The position numbers and the translations under genes were made by a program. Positions 42,901 to 59,000 of a stretch of 64,000 nt of DNA are shown here, piece by piece. Under the pieces are notes generated by a model. The model was given only the letters and a program-made list of their open reading frames with translations. It was not told the origin of the DNA and ran no database searches. How positions within the stretch are numbered: the stretch's first letter is position 1; the number at the start of each line of letters is the position of its first letter. This DNA comes from Auanema rhodensis (lineage: Eukaryota; Animalia; Nematoda): contig OZ059899.1 of assembly GCA_964057225.1 (NCBI GenBank), forward strand, positions 16,864,001 to 16,928,000, read 5' to 3'.

Positions 42901-45900
42901 TTCAAAGTCATGGTTACCATGCACCAATATCAATAATATTATGTTTTTAGACTAATATGGACACGCCGAATTCAAATTTGAAAACAGTATCTCTTTATCT
43001 TTCACGGGAAGCGAGTTACATACCATGTGCACTTCACTTCTACATTTAATTAGCATAAATTAAAGTTCACGTGAATTTCAAAGTCATGGTTACCATGCAC
43101 CAATATCAATAATATTATGTTTTTAGACTAATATGGACACGCCGAATTCAAATTTGAAAACAGTATCTCTTTATCTTTCACGGGAAGCGAGTTACATACC
43201 ATGTGCACTTCACTTCTACATTTAATTAGCATAAATTAAAGTTCACGTAAATTTCAAAGTCATGGTTACCATGCACCAATATCAATAATATTATGTTTTT
43301 AGACTAATATGGACACGCCGAATTCAAATTTGAAAACAGTATCTCTTTATCTTTCACGGGAAGCGAGTTACATACCATGTGCACTTCACTTCTACATTTA
43401 ATTAGCATAAATTAAAGTTCACGTGAATTTCAAAGTCATGGTTACCATGCACCAATATCAATAAAAATTTGTTTTTAGACTAATATGGACATGGGGAATC
43501 TAATTTTGAGAACTGCATCTCTTTATCTTTCACGTGAAGCGAGTTACATACCAAGTGCACATCACGTGTACATTTAATTAGCATAAATTAAAGTTCACGT
43601 GAATTTCAAAGTCATGGTTACCATGCACCAATATCAATAATATTATGTTTTTAGACTAATATGGACACGCCGAATTCAAATCTGAAAACAGTATCTCTTT
43701 ATCTTTCACGGGAAGCAAGTTACATACCATGTGCACTTCACTTCTACATTTAATTAGCATAAATTAAAGTTCACGTAAATTTCAAAGTCATGGTTACCAT
43801 GCACTAATATCAATAAAAATTTGTTTTTAGACTAATATGGACATGGGGAATCTAATTTTGAGAACTGCATCTCTTTATCTTTCACGTGAAGCGAGTTACA
43901 TACCAAGTGCACATCACGTGTACATTTAATTAGCATAAATTAAAGTTCACGTGAATTTCAAAGTCATGGTTACCATGCACCAATATCAATAATATTATGT
44001 TTTTAGACTAATATGGACACGCCGAATTCAAATTTGAAAACAGTATCTCTTTATCTTTTACCGGAATTGAGTTACACAACATGTGCACTTCACTTCTACA
44101 TTTAAATAGCATAAATTAAAGTTCACGTGAATTTCAAAGTCATGGTTACCATGCACCAATATCAATAATATTATGTTTTTAGACTAATATGGACACGCCG
44201 AATTCAAATTTGAAAACAGTATCTCTTTATCTTTCACGGGAAGCGAGTTACATACCATGTGCACTTCACTTCTACATTTAATTAGCATAAATTAAAGTTC
44301 ACGTGAATTTCAAAGTCATGGTTACCATGCACCAATATCAATAAAAATTTGTTTTTAGACTAATATGGACATGGGAAATCTAATTTTGAGAACTGCATCT
44401 CTTTATCTTTCACGTGAAGCGAGTTACATACCAAGTGCACATCACGTGTACATTTAATTAGCATAAATTAAAGTTCACGTAAATATCAAAGTCATGGTTA
44501 CCATGCACCAATATCAATAATATTATGTTTTTAGACTAATATGGACATGGGGAATCTAATTTGAACACAGTATCTCTTTATCTTTCACGGGAAGCGAGTT
44601 ACATACCATGTGCACTTCACTTGTACATTTAATTAGCATAAATTAAAGTTCACGTGAATTTCAAAGTCATGGTTACCATGCACCAATATCAATAATATTA
44701 TGTTTTTGGACTAATATGGACACGCCGAATTCAAATTTGAAAACAGTATCTCTTTATCTTTTACCGGAATTGAGTTACACAACATGTGCACTTCACTTGT
44801 GCATTTAATTAGCATAAATTAAAGTTCACGTGAATTTCAAAGTCATGGTTACCATGCACCAATATCAATAATATTATGTTTTTAGACTAATATGGACACG
44901 CCGAATTCAAATTTGAAAACAGTATCTCTTTATCTTTTACCGGAATTGAGTTACACAACATGTGCACTTCACTTGTACATTTAATTAGCATAAATTAAAG
45001 TTCACGTGAATTTCAAAGTCATGGTTACCATGCACCAATATCAATAATATTATGTTTTTAGACTAATATGGACACGCCGAATTCAAATTTGAACACAGTA
45101 TCTCTTTATCTTTCACGGGAAGCGAGTTACATACCATGTGCACTTCACTTGTATATTTAATTATCATAAATCAAAGTTCACGTGAATTTCAAAGTCATGG
45201 TCACCATGCACCAATATCAATAATATTATGTTTTTAGACTAACATGGACACGCCAAATTCAAATTTGAACACAGTATCTCTTTATCTTTCACGGGAAGCG
45301 AGTTACATACCATGTGCACTTCACTTGTACATTTAATTAGCATAAATTAAAGTTCACGTGAATTTCAAAGTCATGGTTACCATACACCAATATCAATAAT
45401 ATTATGTTTTTAGACTAACATGGACACGCCAAATTCAAATTTGAAAACAGTATCTCTTTATCTTTCACGGGAAGCGAGTTACATACCATGTGCACTTCAC
45501 TTCTACATTTAATTAGCATAAATTAAAGTTCACGTGAATTTCAAAGTCATGGTTACCATACACCAATATCAATAATATTATGTTTTTAGACTAATATGGA
45601 CACGCCGAATTCAAATTTGAAAACAGTATCTCTTTATCTTTCACGGGAAGCGAGTTACATACCATGTGCACTTCACTTGTATATTTAATTATCATAAATC
45701 AAAGTTCACGTGAATTTCAAAGTCATGGTCACCATGCACCAATATCAATAATATTATGTTTTTAGACTAACATGGACACGCCAAATTCAAATTTGAACAC
45801 AGTATCTCTTTATCTTTCACGGGAAGCGAGTTACATACCATGTGCACTTCACTTGTACATTTAATTAGCATAAATTAAAGTTCACGTGAATTTCAAAGTC

Positions 45901-48900
45901 ATGGTTACCATACACCAATATCAATAATATTATGTTTTTAGACTAACATGGACACGCCAAATTCAAATTTGAAAACAGTATCTCTTTATCTTTCACGGGA
46001 AGCGAGTTACATACCATGTGCACTTCACTTCTACATTTAATTAGCATAAATTAAAGTTCACGTGAATTTCAAAGTCATGGTTACCATACACCAATATCAA
46101 TAATATTATGTTTTTAGACTAATATGGACACGCCGAATTCAAATTTGAAAACAGTATCTCTTTATCTTTCACGGGAAGCGAGTTACATACCATGTGCACT
46201 TCACTTCTACATTTAATTATCATAAATCAAAGTTCACGTGAATTTCAAAGTCATGGTCACCATGCACCAATATCAATAATATTATGTTTTTAGACTAACA
46301 TGGACACGCCAAATTCAAATTTGAACACAGTATCTCTTTATCTTTCACGGGAAGCGAGTTACATACCATGTGCACTTCACTTCTACATTTAATTAGCATA
46401 AATTAAAGTTCACGTGAATTTCAAAGTCATGGTTACCATACACCAATATCAATAATATTATGTTTTTAGACTAATATGGACACGCCGAATTCAAATTTGA
46501 AAACAGTATCTCTTTATCTTTTACCGGAATTGAGTTACACAACATGTGCACTTCACTTCTACATTTAATTAGCATAAATTAAAGTTCACGTGAATTTCAA
46601 AGTCATGGTTACCATGCACCAATATCAATAAAAATTTGTTTTTAGACTAATATGGACATGGGGAATCTAATTTTGAGAACTGCATCTCTTTATCTTTCAC
46701 GTGAAGCGAGTTACATACCAAGTGCACATCACGTGTACATTTAATTAGCATAAATTAAAGTTCACGTGAATTTCAAAGTCATGGTTACCATGCACCAATA
46801 TCAATAATATTATGTTTTTAGACTAATATGGACACGCCGAATTCAAATCTGAAAACAGTATCTCTTTATCTTTCACGGGAAGCTAGTTACATACCATGTG
46901 CACTTCACTTCTACATTTAATTAGCATAAATTAAAGTTCACGTAAATTTCAAAGTCATGGTTACCATGCACTAATATCAATAAAAATTTGTTTTTAGACT
47001 AATATGGACATGGGGAATCTAATTTTGAGAACTGCATCTCTTTATCTTTCACGTGAAGCGAGTTACATACCAAGTGCACATCACGTGTACATTTAATTAG
47101 CATAAATTAAAGTTCACGTGAATTTCAAAGTCATGGTTACCATGCACCAATATCAATATTATTATGTTTTTAGACTAATATGGACACGCCGAATTCAAAT
47201 TTGAAAACAGTATCTCTTTATCTTTCACGGGAAGCGAGTTACATACCATGTGCACTTCACTTCTACATTTAATTAGCATAAATTAAAGTTCACGTGAATT
47301 TCAAAGTCATTGTTACCATGCACCAATATCAATAATATTATGTTTTTAGACTAATATGGACACGCCGAATTCAAATTTGAAAACAGTATCTCTTTATCTT
47401 TTACCGGAATTGAGTTACACAACATGTGCACTTCACTTGTACATTTAATTAGCATAAATTAAAGTTCACGTGAATTTCAAAGTCATGGTTACCATGCACC
47501 AATATCAATAATATTATGTTTTTAGACTAATATGGACACGCCGAATTCAAATTTGAAAACAGTATCTCTTTATCTTTTACCGGAATTGAGTTACACAACA
47601 TGTGCACTTCACTTGTACATTTAATTAGCATAAATTAAAGTTCACGTGAATTTCAAAGTCATGGTTACCATGCACCAATATCAATAATATTATGTTTTTA
47701 GACTAATATGGACACGCCGAATTCAAATTTGAAAACAGTATCTCTTTATCTTTCACGTGAAGCGAGTTACATACCAAGTGCACATCACGTGTACATTTAA
47801 TTAGCATAAATTAAAGTTCACGTAAATTTCAAAGTCATGGTTACCATGCACCAATATCAATAATATTATGTTTTTAGACTAATATGGACACGCCGAATTC
47901 AAATTTGAAAACAGTATCTCTTTATCTTTCACGGGAAGCGAGTTACATACCATGTGCACTTCACTTCTACATTTAATTAGCATAAATTAAAGTTCACGTG
48001 AATTTCAAAGTCATGGTTACCATGCACCAATATCAATAATATTATGTTTTTAGACTAATATGGACACGCCGAATTCAAATTTGAAAACAGTATCTCTTTA
48101 TCTTTCACGGGAAGCGAGTTACATACCATGTGCACTTCACTTCTACATTTAATTAGCATAAATTAAAGTTCACGTAAATTTCAAAGTCATGGTTACCATG
48201 CACCAATATCAATAATATTATGTTTTTAGACTAATATGGACACGCCGAATTCAAATTTGAAAACAGTATCTCTTTATCTTTCACGGGAAGCGAGTTACAT
48301 ACCATGTGCACTTCACTTCTACATTTAATTAGCATAAATTAAAGTTCACGTGAATTTCAAAGTCATGGTTACCATGCACCAATATCAATAAAAATTTGTT
48401 TTTAGACTAATATGGACATGGGGAATCTAATTTTGAGAACTGCATCTCTTTATCTTTCACGTGAAGCGAGTTACATACCAAGTGCACATCACGTGTACAT
48501 TTAATTAGCATAAATTAAAGTTCACGTGAATTTCAAAGTCATGGTTACCATGCACCAATATCAATAATATTATGTTTTTAGACTAATATGGACACGCCGA
48601 ATTCAAATCTGAAAACAGTATCTCTTTATCTTTCACGGGAAGCAAGTTACATACCATGTGCACTTCACTTCTACATTTAATTAGCATAAATTAAAGTTCA
48701 CGTAAATTTCAAAGTCATGGTTACCATGCACTAATATCAATAAAAATTTGTTTTTAGACTAATATGGACATGGGGAATCTAATTTTGAGAACTGCATCTC
48801 TTTATCTTTCACGTGAAGCGAGTTACATACCAAGTGCACATCACGTGTACATTTAATTAGCATAAATTAAAGTTCACGTGAATTTCAAAGTCATGGTTAC

Positions 48901-50080
48901 CATGCACCAATATCAATAATATTATGTTTTTAGACTAATATGGACACGCCGAATTCAAATTTGAAAACAGTATCTCTTTATCTTTTACCGGAATTGAGTT
49001 ACACAACATGTGCACTTCACTTCTACATTTAAATAGCATAAATTAAAGTTCACGTGAATTTCAAAGTCATGGTTACCATGCACCAATATCAATAATATTA
49101 TGTTTTTAGACTAATATGGACACGCCGAATTCAAATTTGAAAACAGTATCTCTTTATCTTTCACGGGAAGCGAGTTACATACCATGTGCACTTCACTTCT
49201 ACATTTAATTAGCATAAATTAAAGTTCACGTGAATTTCAAAGTCATGGTTACCATGCACCAATATCAATAAAAATTTGTTTTTAGACTAATATGGACATG
49301 GGAAATCTAATTTTGAGAACTGCATCTCTTTATCTTTCACGTGAAGCGAGTTACATACCAAGTGCACATCACGTGTACATTTAATTAGCATAAATTAAAG
49401 TTCACGTAAATATCAAAGTCATGGTTACCATGCACCAATATCAATAATATTATGTTTTTAGACTAATATGGACATGGGGAATCTAATTTGAACACAGTAT
49501 CTCTTTATCTTTCACGGGAAGCGAGTTACATACCATGTGCACTTCACTTGTACATTTAATTAGCATAAATTAAAGTTCACGTGAATTTCAAAGTCATGGT
49601 TACCATGCACCAATATCAATAATATTATGTTTTTGGACTAATATGGACACGCCGAATTCAAATTTGAAAACAGTATCTCTTTATCTTTTACCGGAATTGA
49701 GTTACACAACATGTGCACTTCACTTGTGCATTTAATTAGCATAAATTAAAGTTCACGTGAATTTCAAAGTCATGGTTACCATGCACCAATATCAATAATA
49801 TTATGTTTTTAGACTAATATGGACACGCCGAATTCAAATTTGAAAACAGTATCTCTTTATCTTTTACCGGAATTGAGTTACACAACATGTGCACTTCACT
49901 TGTACATTTAATTAGCATAAATTAAAGTTCACGTGAATTTCAAAGTCATGGTTACCATGCACCAATATCAATAATATTATGTTTTTAGACTAATATGGAC
50001 ACGCCGAATTCAAATTTGAACACAGTATCTCTTTATCTTTCACGGGAAGCGAGTTACATACCATGTGCACTTCACTTGTA
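39980..50080. repeat. Higher-order tandem duplication with a 4927-bp (28-monomer) period
   Basis: Rare variants recur exactly 4927 bp apart: GTATATTT 40224/45151, GCTAGTT 41955/46882, CATTGTTACC 42381/47308, and the 175-bp chimeric monomer 44558/49485. Boundaries are approximate. Confidence 0.9.
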
Positions 50081-53000
50081 CATTTAATTAGCATAAATTA
50101 AAGTTCACGTGAATTTGAAAGTCATGGTTACCATGCACCAATATCAATAATATTATGTTTTTAGACTAATATGGACACGCGGAATTCAAATTTGAAAACA
50201 GTATCTCTTTATCTTTCACGGGAAGCGAGTTACATACCATGTGCACTTCACTTGTACATTTAATTAGCATAAATTAAAGTTCACGTAAATATCAAAGTCA
50301 TGGTTACCATGCACCAATATCAATAATATTATGTTTTTAGACTAATATGGACACGCGGAATTCAGATTTGAAAACAGTATCTCTTTATCTTTTACCGGAA
50401 TTGAGTTACACAACATGTGCACTTCACTTGTACATTTAATTAGCATAAATTAAAGTTCACGTGAATTTCAAAGTCATGGTTACCATGCACCAATATCAAT
50501 AATATTATGTTTTTAGACTAATATGGACACGCCGAATTCAAATTTGAACACAGTATCTCTTTATCTTTCACGGGAAGCGAGTTACATACCATGTGCACTT
50601 CACTTGTATATTTAATTATCATAAATTAAAGTTCACGTGAATTTCAAAGTCATGGTTACCATGCACCAATATCAATAATATTATGTTTTTAGACTAATAT
50701 GGACACGCGGAATTCAGATTTGAAAACAGTATCTCTTTATCTTTTACCGGAATTGAGTTACACAACATGTGCACTTCACTTGTACATTTAATTAGCATAA
50801 ATTAAAGTTCACGTGAATTTCAAAGTCATGGTCACCATGCACCAATATCAATAATATTATGTTTTTAGACTAATATGGACACGCCGAATTCAAATTTGAA
50901 AACAGTATCTCTTTATCTTTCACGGGAAGCGAGTTACATACCATGTGCACTTCACTTCTACATTTAATTAGCATAAATTAAAGTTCACGTGAATTTCAAA
51001 GTCATGGTTACCATGCACCAATATCAATAAAAATTTGTTTTTAGACTAATATGGACATGGGGAATCTAATTTTGAGAACTGCATCTCTTTATCTTTCACG
51101 TGAAGCGAGTTACATACCAAGTGCACATCACGTGTACATTTAATTAGCATAAATTAAAGTTCACGTAAATTTCAAAGTCATGGTTACCATGCACCAATAT
51201 CAATAATATTATGTTTTTAGACTAATATGGACACGCCGAATTCAAATTTGAAAACAGTATCTCTTTATCTTTCACGGGAAGCGAGTTACATACCATGTGC
51301 ACTTCACTTCTACATTTAATTAGCATAAATTAAAGTTCACGTGAATTTCAAAGTCATGGTTACCATGCACCAATATCAATAAAAATTTGTTTTTAGACTA
51401 ATATGGACATGGGGAATCTAATTTTGAGAACTGCATCTCTTTATCTTTCACGTGAAGCGAGTTACATACCAAGTGCACATCACGTGTACATTTAATTAGC
51501 ATAAATTAAAGTTCACGTGAATTTCAAAGTCATGGTTACCATGCACCAATATCAATAATATTATGTTTTTAGACTAATATGGATACGCCGAATTCAAATT
51601 TGAAAACAGTATCTCTTTATCTTTTACCGGAAGCGAGTTACATACCATGTGCACTTCACTTCTACATTTAATTAGCATAAATTAAAGTTCACGTAAATTT
51701 CAAAGTCATGGTTACCATGCACCAATATCAATAAAAATTTGTTTTTAGACTAATATGGACATGGGGAATCTAATTTTGAGAACTGCATCTCTTTATCTTT
51801 CACGTGAAGCGAGTTACATACCAAGTGCACATCACGTGTACATTTAATTAGCATAAATTAAAGTTCACGTGAATTTCAAAGTCATGGTTACCATGCACCA
51901 ATATCAATAATATTATGTTTTTAGACTAATATGGACACGCCGAATTCAAATCTGAAAACAGTATCTCTTTATCTTTCACGGGAAGCGAGTTACATACCAT
52001 GTGCACTTCACTTCTACATTTAATTAGCATAAATTAATGCTCACGTAAATTTCAAAGTCATGGTTACCATGCACCAATATCAATAATATTATGTTTTTAG
52101 ACTAATATGGACACGCCGAATTCAAATTTGAACACAGTATCTCTTTATCTTTCACGGGAAGCGAGTTACATACCATGTGCACTTCACTTGTATATTTAAT
52201 TATCATAAATCAAAGTTCACGTGAATTTCAAAGTCATGGTCACCATGCACCAATATCAATAATATTATGTTTTTAGACTAACATGGACACGCCAAATTCA
52301 AATTTGAACACAGTATCTCTTTATCTTTCACGGGAAGCGAGTTACATACCATGTGCACTTCACTTGTACATTTAATTAGCATAAATTAAAGTTCACGTGA
52401 ATTTCAAAGTCATGGTTACCATACACCAATATCAATAATATTATGTTTTTAGACTAACATGGACACGCCAAATTCAAATTTGAAAACAGTATCTCTTTAT
52501 CTTTCACGGGAAGCGAGTTACATACCATGTGCACTTCACTTCTACATTTAATTAGCATAAATTAAAGTTCACGTGAATTTCAAAGTCATGGTTACCATAC
52601 ACCAATATCAATAATATTATGTTTTTAGACTAATATGGACACGCCGAATTCAAATTTGAAAACAGTATCTCTTTATCTTTCACGGGAAGCGAGTTACATA
52701 CCATGTGCACTTCACTTGTATATTTAATTATCATAAATCAAAGTTCACGTGAATTTCAAAGTCATGGTCACCATGCACCAATATCAATAATATTATGTTT
52801 TTAGACTAACATGGACACGCCAAATTCAAATTTGAACACAGTATCTCTTTATCTTTCACGGGAAGCGAGTTACATACCATGTGCACTTCACTTGTACATT
52901 TAATTAGCATAAATTAAAGTTCACGTGAATTTCAAAGTCATGGTTACCATACACCAATATCAATAATATTATGTTTTTAGACTAACATGGACACGCCAAA

Positions 53001-56000
53001 TTCAAATTTGAAAACAGTATCTCTTTATCTTTCACGGGAAGCGAGTTACATACCATGTGCACTTCACTTCTACATTTAATTAGCATAAATTAAAGTTCAC
53101 GTGAATTTCAAAGTCATGGTTACCATACACCAATATCAATAATATTATGTTTTTAGACTAATATGGACACGCCGAATTCAAATTTGAAAACAGTATCTCT
53201 TTATCTTTCACGGGAAGCGAGTTACATACCATGTGCACTTCACTTGTATATTTAATTATCATAAATCAAAGTTCACGTGAATTTCAAAGTCATGGTCACC
53301 ATGCACCAATATCAATAATATTATGTTTTTAGACTAACATGGACACGCCAAATTCAAATTTGAACACAGTATCTCTTTATCTTTCACGGGAAGCGAGTTA
53401 CATACCATGTGCACTTCACTTCTACATTTAATTAGCATAAATTAAAGTTCACGTGAATTTCAAAGTCATGGTTACCATACACCAATATCAATAATATTAT
53501 GTTTTTAGACTAATATGGACACGCCGAATTCAAATTTGAAAACAGTATCTCTTTATCTTTTACCGGAATTGAGTTACACAACATGTGCACTTCACTTGTA
53601 CATTTAATTAGCATAAATTAAAGTTCACGTGAATTTAAAAGTCATGGTTACCATGCACCAATATCAATAATATTATGTTTTTAGACTAATATGGACACGC
53701 CGAATTCAAATTTGAAAACAGTATCTCTTTATCTTTCACGGGAAGCGAGTTACATACCATGTGCACTTCACTTCTACATTTAATTAGCATAAATTAAAGT
53801 TCACGTGAATTTCAAAGTCATGGTTACCATGCACCAATATCAATAATATTATGTTTTTAGACTAATATGGACACGCCGAATTCAAATTTGAAAACAGTAT
53901 CTCTTTATCTTTTACCGGAATTGAGTTACACAACATGTGCACTTCACTTGTACATTTAATTAGCATAAATTAAAGTTCAAGTGAATTTCAAAGTCATGGT
54001 TACCATGCCCCAATATCAATAAAAATTTGTTTTTAGACTAATATGGACATGGGGAATCTAATTTTGAGAACTGCATCTCTTTATCTTTCACGTGAAGCGA
54101 GTTACATACCATGTGCACTTCACTTCTACATTTAATTAGCATAAATTAAAGTTCACGTGAATTTCAAAGTCATGGTTACCATGCACCAATATCAATAATA
54201 TTATGTTTTTAGACTAATATGGACACGCCGAATTCAAATTTGAAAACAGTATCTCTTTATCTTTTACCGGAATTGAGTTACACAACATGTGCACTTCACT
54301 TGTACATTTAATTAGCATAAATTAAAGTTCAAGTGAATTTCAAAGTCATGGTTACCATGCACCAATATCAATAATATTATGTTTTAAGACTAATATGGAC
54401 ACGCGGAATTCAAATTTGAAAACAGTATCTCTTTATCTTTCACGGGAAGCGAGTTACATACCATGTGCACTTCACTTCTACATTTAATTAGCATAAATTA
54501 AAGTTCACGTGAATTTCAAAGTCATGGTTACCATACACCAATATCAATAATATTATGTTTTTAGACTAACATGGACACGCCGAATTCAAATTTGAAAACA
54601 GTATCTCTTTATCTTTCACGGGAAGCGAGTTACATACCATGTGCACTTCACTTCTACATTTAATTAGCATAAATTAAAGTTCACGTGAATTTCAAAGTCA
54701 TGGTTACCATGCACCAATATCAATAATATTATGTTTTAAGACTAATATGGACACGCCGAATTCAAATTTGAAAACAGTATCTCTTTATCTTTCACGGGAA
54801 GCGAGTTACATACCATGTGCACTTCACTTGTACATTTAATTAGCATAAATTAAAGTTCACGTGAATTTCAAAGTCATGGTTACCATACACCAATATCAAT
54901 AATATTATGTTTTTAGACTAATATGGACACGCCGAATTCAAATTTGAACACAGTATCTCTTTATCTTTCACGGGAAGCGAGTTACATACCATGTGCACTT
55001 CACTTCTACATTTAAATAGCATAAATTAAAGTTCACGTGAATTTCAAAGTCATGGTTATCATGCACCAATATCAATAATATTATGTTTTTAGACTAATAT
55101 GGACACGCCGAATTCAAATTTAAACACAGTATCTCTTTATCTTTCACGGGAAGCGAGTTACATACCATGTGCACTTCACTTGTACATTTAATTAGCATAA
55201 ATTAAAGTTCACGTGAATTTCAAAGTCATGGTTACCATGCACCAATATCAATAATATTATGTTTTTAGACTAATATGGACACGCGGAATTCAAATTTGAA
55301 AACAGTATCTCTTTATCTTTCACGGGAAGCGAGTTACATACCATGTGCACTTCACTTGTACATTTAATTAGCATAAATTAAAGTTCACGTGAATTTCAAA
55401 GTCATGGTTACCATGCACCAATATCAATAATATTATGTTTTTAGACTAATATGGACACGCCGAATTCAAATTTGAAAACAGTATCTCTTTATCTTTTACC
55501 GGAATTGAGTTACACAACATGTGCACATCACGTGTACATTTAATTAGCATAAATTAAAGTTCACGTGAATTTCAAAGTCATGGTTACCATGCACCAATAT
55601 CAATAATATTATGTTTTTAGACTAATATGGACACGCCGAATTCAAATCTGAAAACAGTATCTCTTTATCTTTCACGGGAAGCTAGTTACATACCATGTGC
55701 ACTTCACTTCTACATTTAATTAGCATAAATTAAAGTTCACGTAAATTTCAAAGTCATGGTTACCATGCACCAATATCAATAATATTATGTTTTAAGACTA
55801 ATATGGACACGCGGAATTCAAATTTGAAAACAGTATCTCTTTATCTTTCACGGGAAGCGAGTTACATACCATGTGCACTTCACTTGTACATTTAATTAGC
55901 ATAAATTAAAGTTCACGTGAATTTCAAAGTCATGGTTACCATGCACCAATATCAATAATATTATGTTTTTAGACTAATATGGACACGCCGAATTCAAATT

Positions 56001-59000
56001 TGAAAACAGTATCTCTTTATCTTTTACCGGAATTGAGTTACACAACATGTGCACTTCACTTGTACATTTAATTAGCATAAATTAAAGTTCACGTGAATTT
56101 CAAAGTCATGGTTACCATGCACCAATATCAATAATATTATGTTTTAAGACTAATATGGACACGCGGAATTCAAATTTGAAAACAGTATCTCTTTATCTTT
56201 CACGGGAAGCGAGTTACATACCATGTGCACTTCACTTGTACATTTAATTAGCATAAATTAAAGTTCACGTGAATTTCAAAGTCATGGTTACCATACACCA
56301 ATATCAATAATATTATGTTTTTAGACTAACATGGACACGCCAAATTCAAATTTGAAAACAGTATCTCTTTATCTTTCACGGGAAGCGAGTTACATACCAT
56401 GTGCACTTCACTTCTACATTTAATTAGCATAAATTAAAGTTCACGTGAATTTCAAAGTCATGGTTACCATGCACCAATATCAATAATATTATGTTTTTAG
56501 ACTAACATGGACACGCCGAATTCAAATTTGAAAACAGTATCTCTTTATCTTTTACCGGAATTGAGTTACACAACATGTGCACTTCACTTGTACATTTAAT
56601 TAGCATAAATTAAAGTTCACGTGAATTTCAAAGTCATGGTTACCATGCACCAATATCAATAATATTATGTTTTTAGACTAATATGGACACGCGGAATTCA
56701 AATTTGAAAACAGTATCTCTTTATCTTTCACGGGAAGCGAGTTACATACCATGTGCACTTCACTTGTACATTTAATTAGCATAAATTAAAGTTCACGTGA
56801 ATTTCAAAGTCATGGTTACCATACACCAATATCAATAATATTATGTTTTTAGACTAACATGGACACGCCGAATTCAAATTTGAAAACAGTATCTCTTTAT
56901 CTTTCACGGGAAGCGAGTTACATACCATGTGCACTTCACTTCTACATTTAAATAGCATAAATTAAAGTTCACGTGAATTTCAAAGTCATGGTTACCATGC
57001 ACCAATATCAATAATATTATGTTTTTAGACTAATATGGACACGCCGAATTCAAATTTGAACACAGTATCTCTTTATCTTTCACGGGAAGCGAGTTACATA
57101 CCATGTGCACTTCACTTGTACATTTAATTAGCATAAATTAAAGTTCACGTGAATTTCAAAGTCATGGTTACCATGCACCAATATCAATAATATTATGTTT
57201 TAAGACTAATATGGACACGCGGAATTCAAATTTGAAAACAGTATCTCTTTATCTTTCACGGGAAGCGAGTTACATACCATATGCACTTCACTTCTACATT
57301 TAATTAGCATAAATTAAAGTTCACGTAAATATCAAAGTCATGGTTACCATGCACCAATATCAATAATATTATGTTTTTAGACTAATATGGACACGCGGAA
57401 TTCAAATTTGAAAACAGTATCTCTTTATCTTTTACCGGAATTGAGTTACACAACATGTGCACTTCACTTGTACATTTAATTAGCATAAATTAAAGTTCAC
57501 GTGAATTTCAAAGTCATGGTTACCATGCACCAATATCAATAATATTATGTTTTTAGACTAATATGGACACGCCGAATTCAAATTTGAACACAGTATCTCT
57601 TTATCTTTCACGGGAAGCGAGTTACATACCATGTGCACTTCACTTGTATATTTAATTATCATAAATCAAAGTTCACGTGAATTTCAAAGTCATGGTCACC
57701 ATGCACCAATATCAATAATATTATGTTTTTAGACTAATATGGACACGCCGAATTCAAATTTGAACACAGTATCTCTTTATCTTTCACGGGAAGCGAGTTA
57801 CATACCATGTGCACTTCACTTGTACATTTAATTAGCATAAATTAAAGTTCACGTGAATTTCAAAGTCATGGTTACCATACACCAATATCAATAATATTAT
57901 GTTTTTAGACTAACATGGACACGCCGAATTCAAATTTGAACACAGTATCTCTTTATCTTTCACGTGAAGCGAGTTACATACCATGTGCACTTCACTTCTA
58001 CATTTAATTAGCATAAATTAAAGTTCACGTGAATTTCAAAGTCATGGTTACCATGCACCAATATCAATAATATTATGTTTTTAGACTAACATGGACACGC
58101 CAAATTCAAATTTGAAAACAGTATCTCTTTATCTTTCACGGGAAGCGAGTTACATACCATGTGCACTTCACTTGTACATTTAATTAGCATAAATTAAAGT
58201 TCACGTGAATTTCAAAGTCATGGTTACCATACACCAATATCAATAATATTATGTTTTTAGACTAACATGGACACGCCAAATTCAAATTTGAAAACAGTAT
58301 CTCTTTATCTTTCACGGGAAGCGAGTTACATACCATGTGCACTTCACTTGTACATTTAATTAGCATAAATTAAAGTTCACGTGAATTTCAAAGTCATGGT
58401 TACCATGCACCAATATCAATAATATTATGTTTTTAGACTAATATGGACACGCCGAATTCAAATTTGAAAACAGTATCTCTTTATCTTTTACCGGAATTGA
58501 GTTACACAACATGTGCACTTCACTTGTACATTTAATTAGCATAAATTAAAGTTCACGTGAATTTCAAAGTCATGGTTACCATGCACCAATATCAATAATA
58601 TTATGTTTTTAGACTAATATGGACACGCCGAATTCAAATTTGAAAACAGTATCTCTTTATCTTTCACGGGAAGCGAGTTACATACCATGTGCACTTCACT
58701 TCTACATTTAATTAGCATAAATTAAAGTTCACGTGAATTTCAAAGTCATGGTTACCATGCACCAATATCAATAATATTATGTTTTTAGACTAATATGGAC
58801 ACGCCGAATTCAAATTTGAAAACAGTATCTCTTTATCTTTTACCGGAATTGAGTTACACAACATGTGCACTTCACTTGTACATTTAATTAGCATAAATTA
58901 AAGTTCACGTGAATTTCAAAGTCATGGTTACCATGCACCAATATCAATAAAAATTTGTTTTTAGACTAATATGGACATGGGGAATCTAATTTTGAGAACT

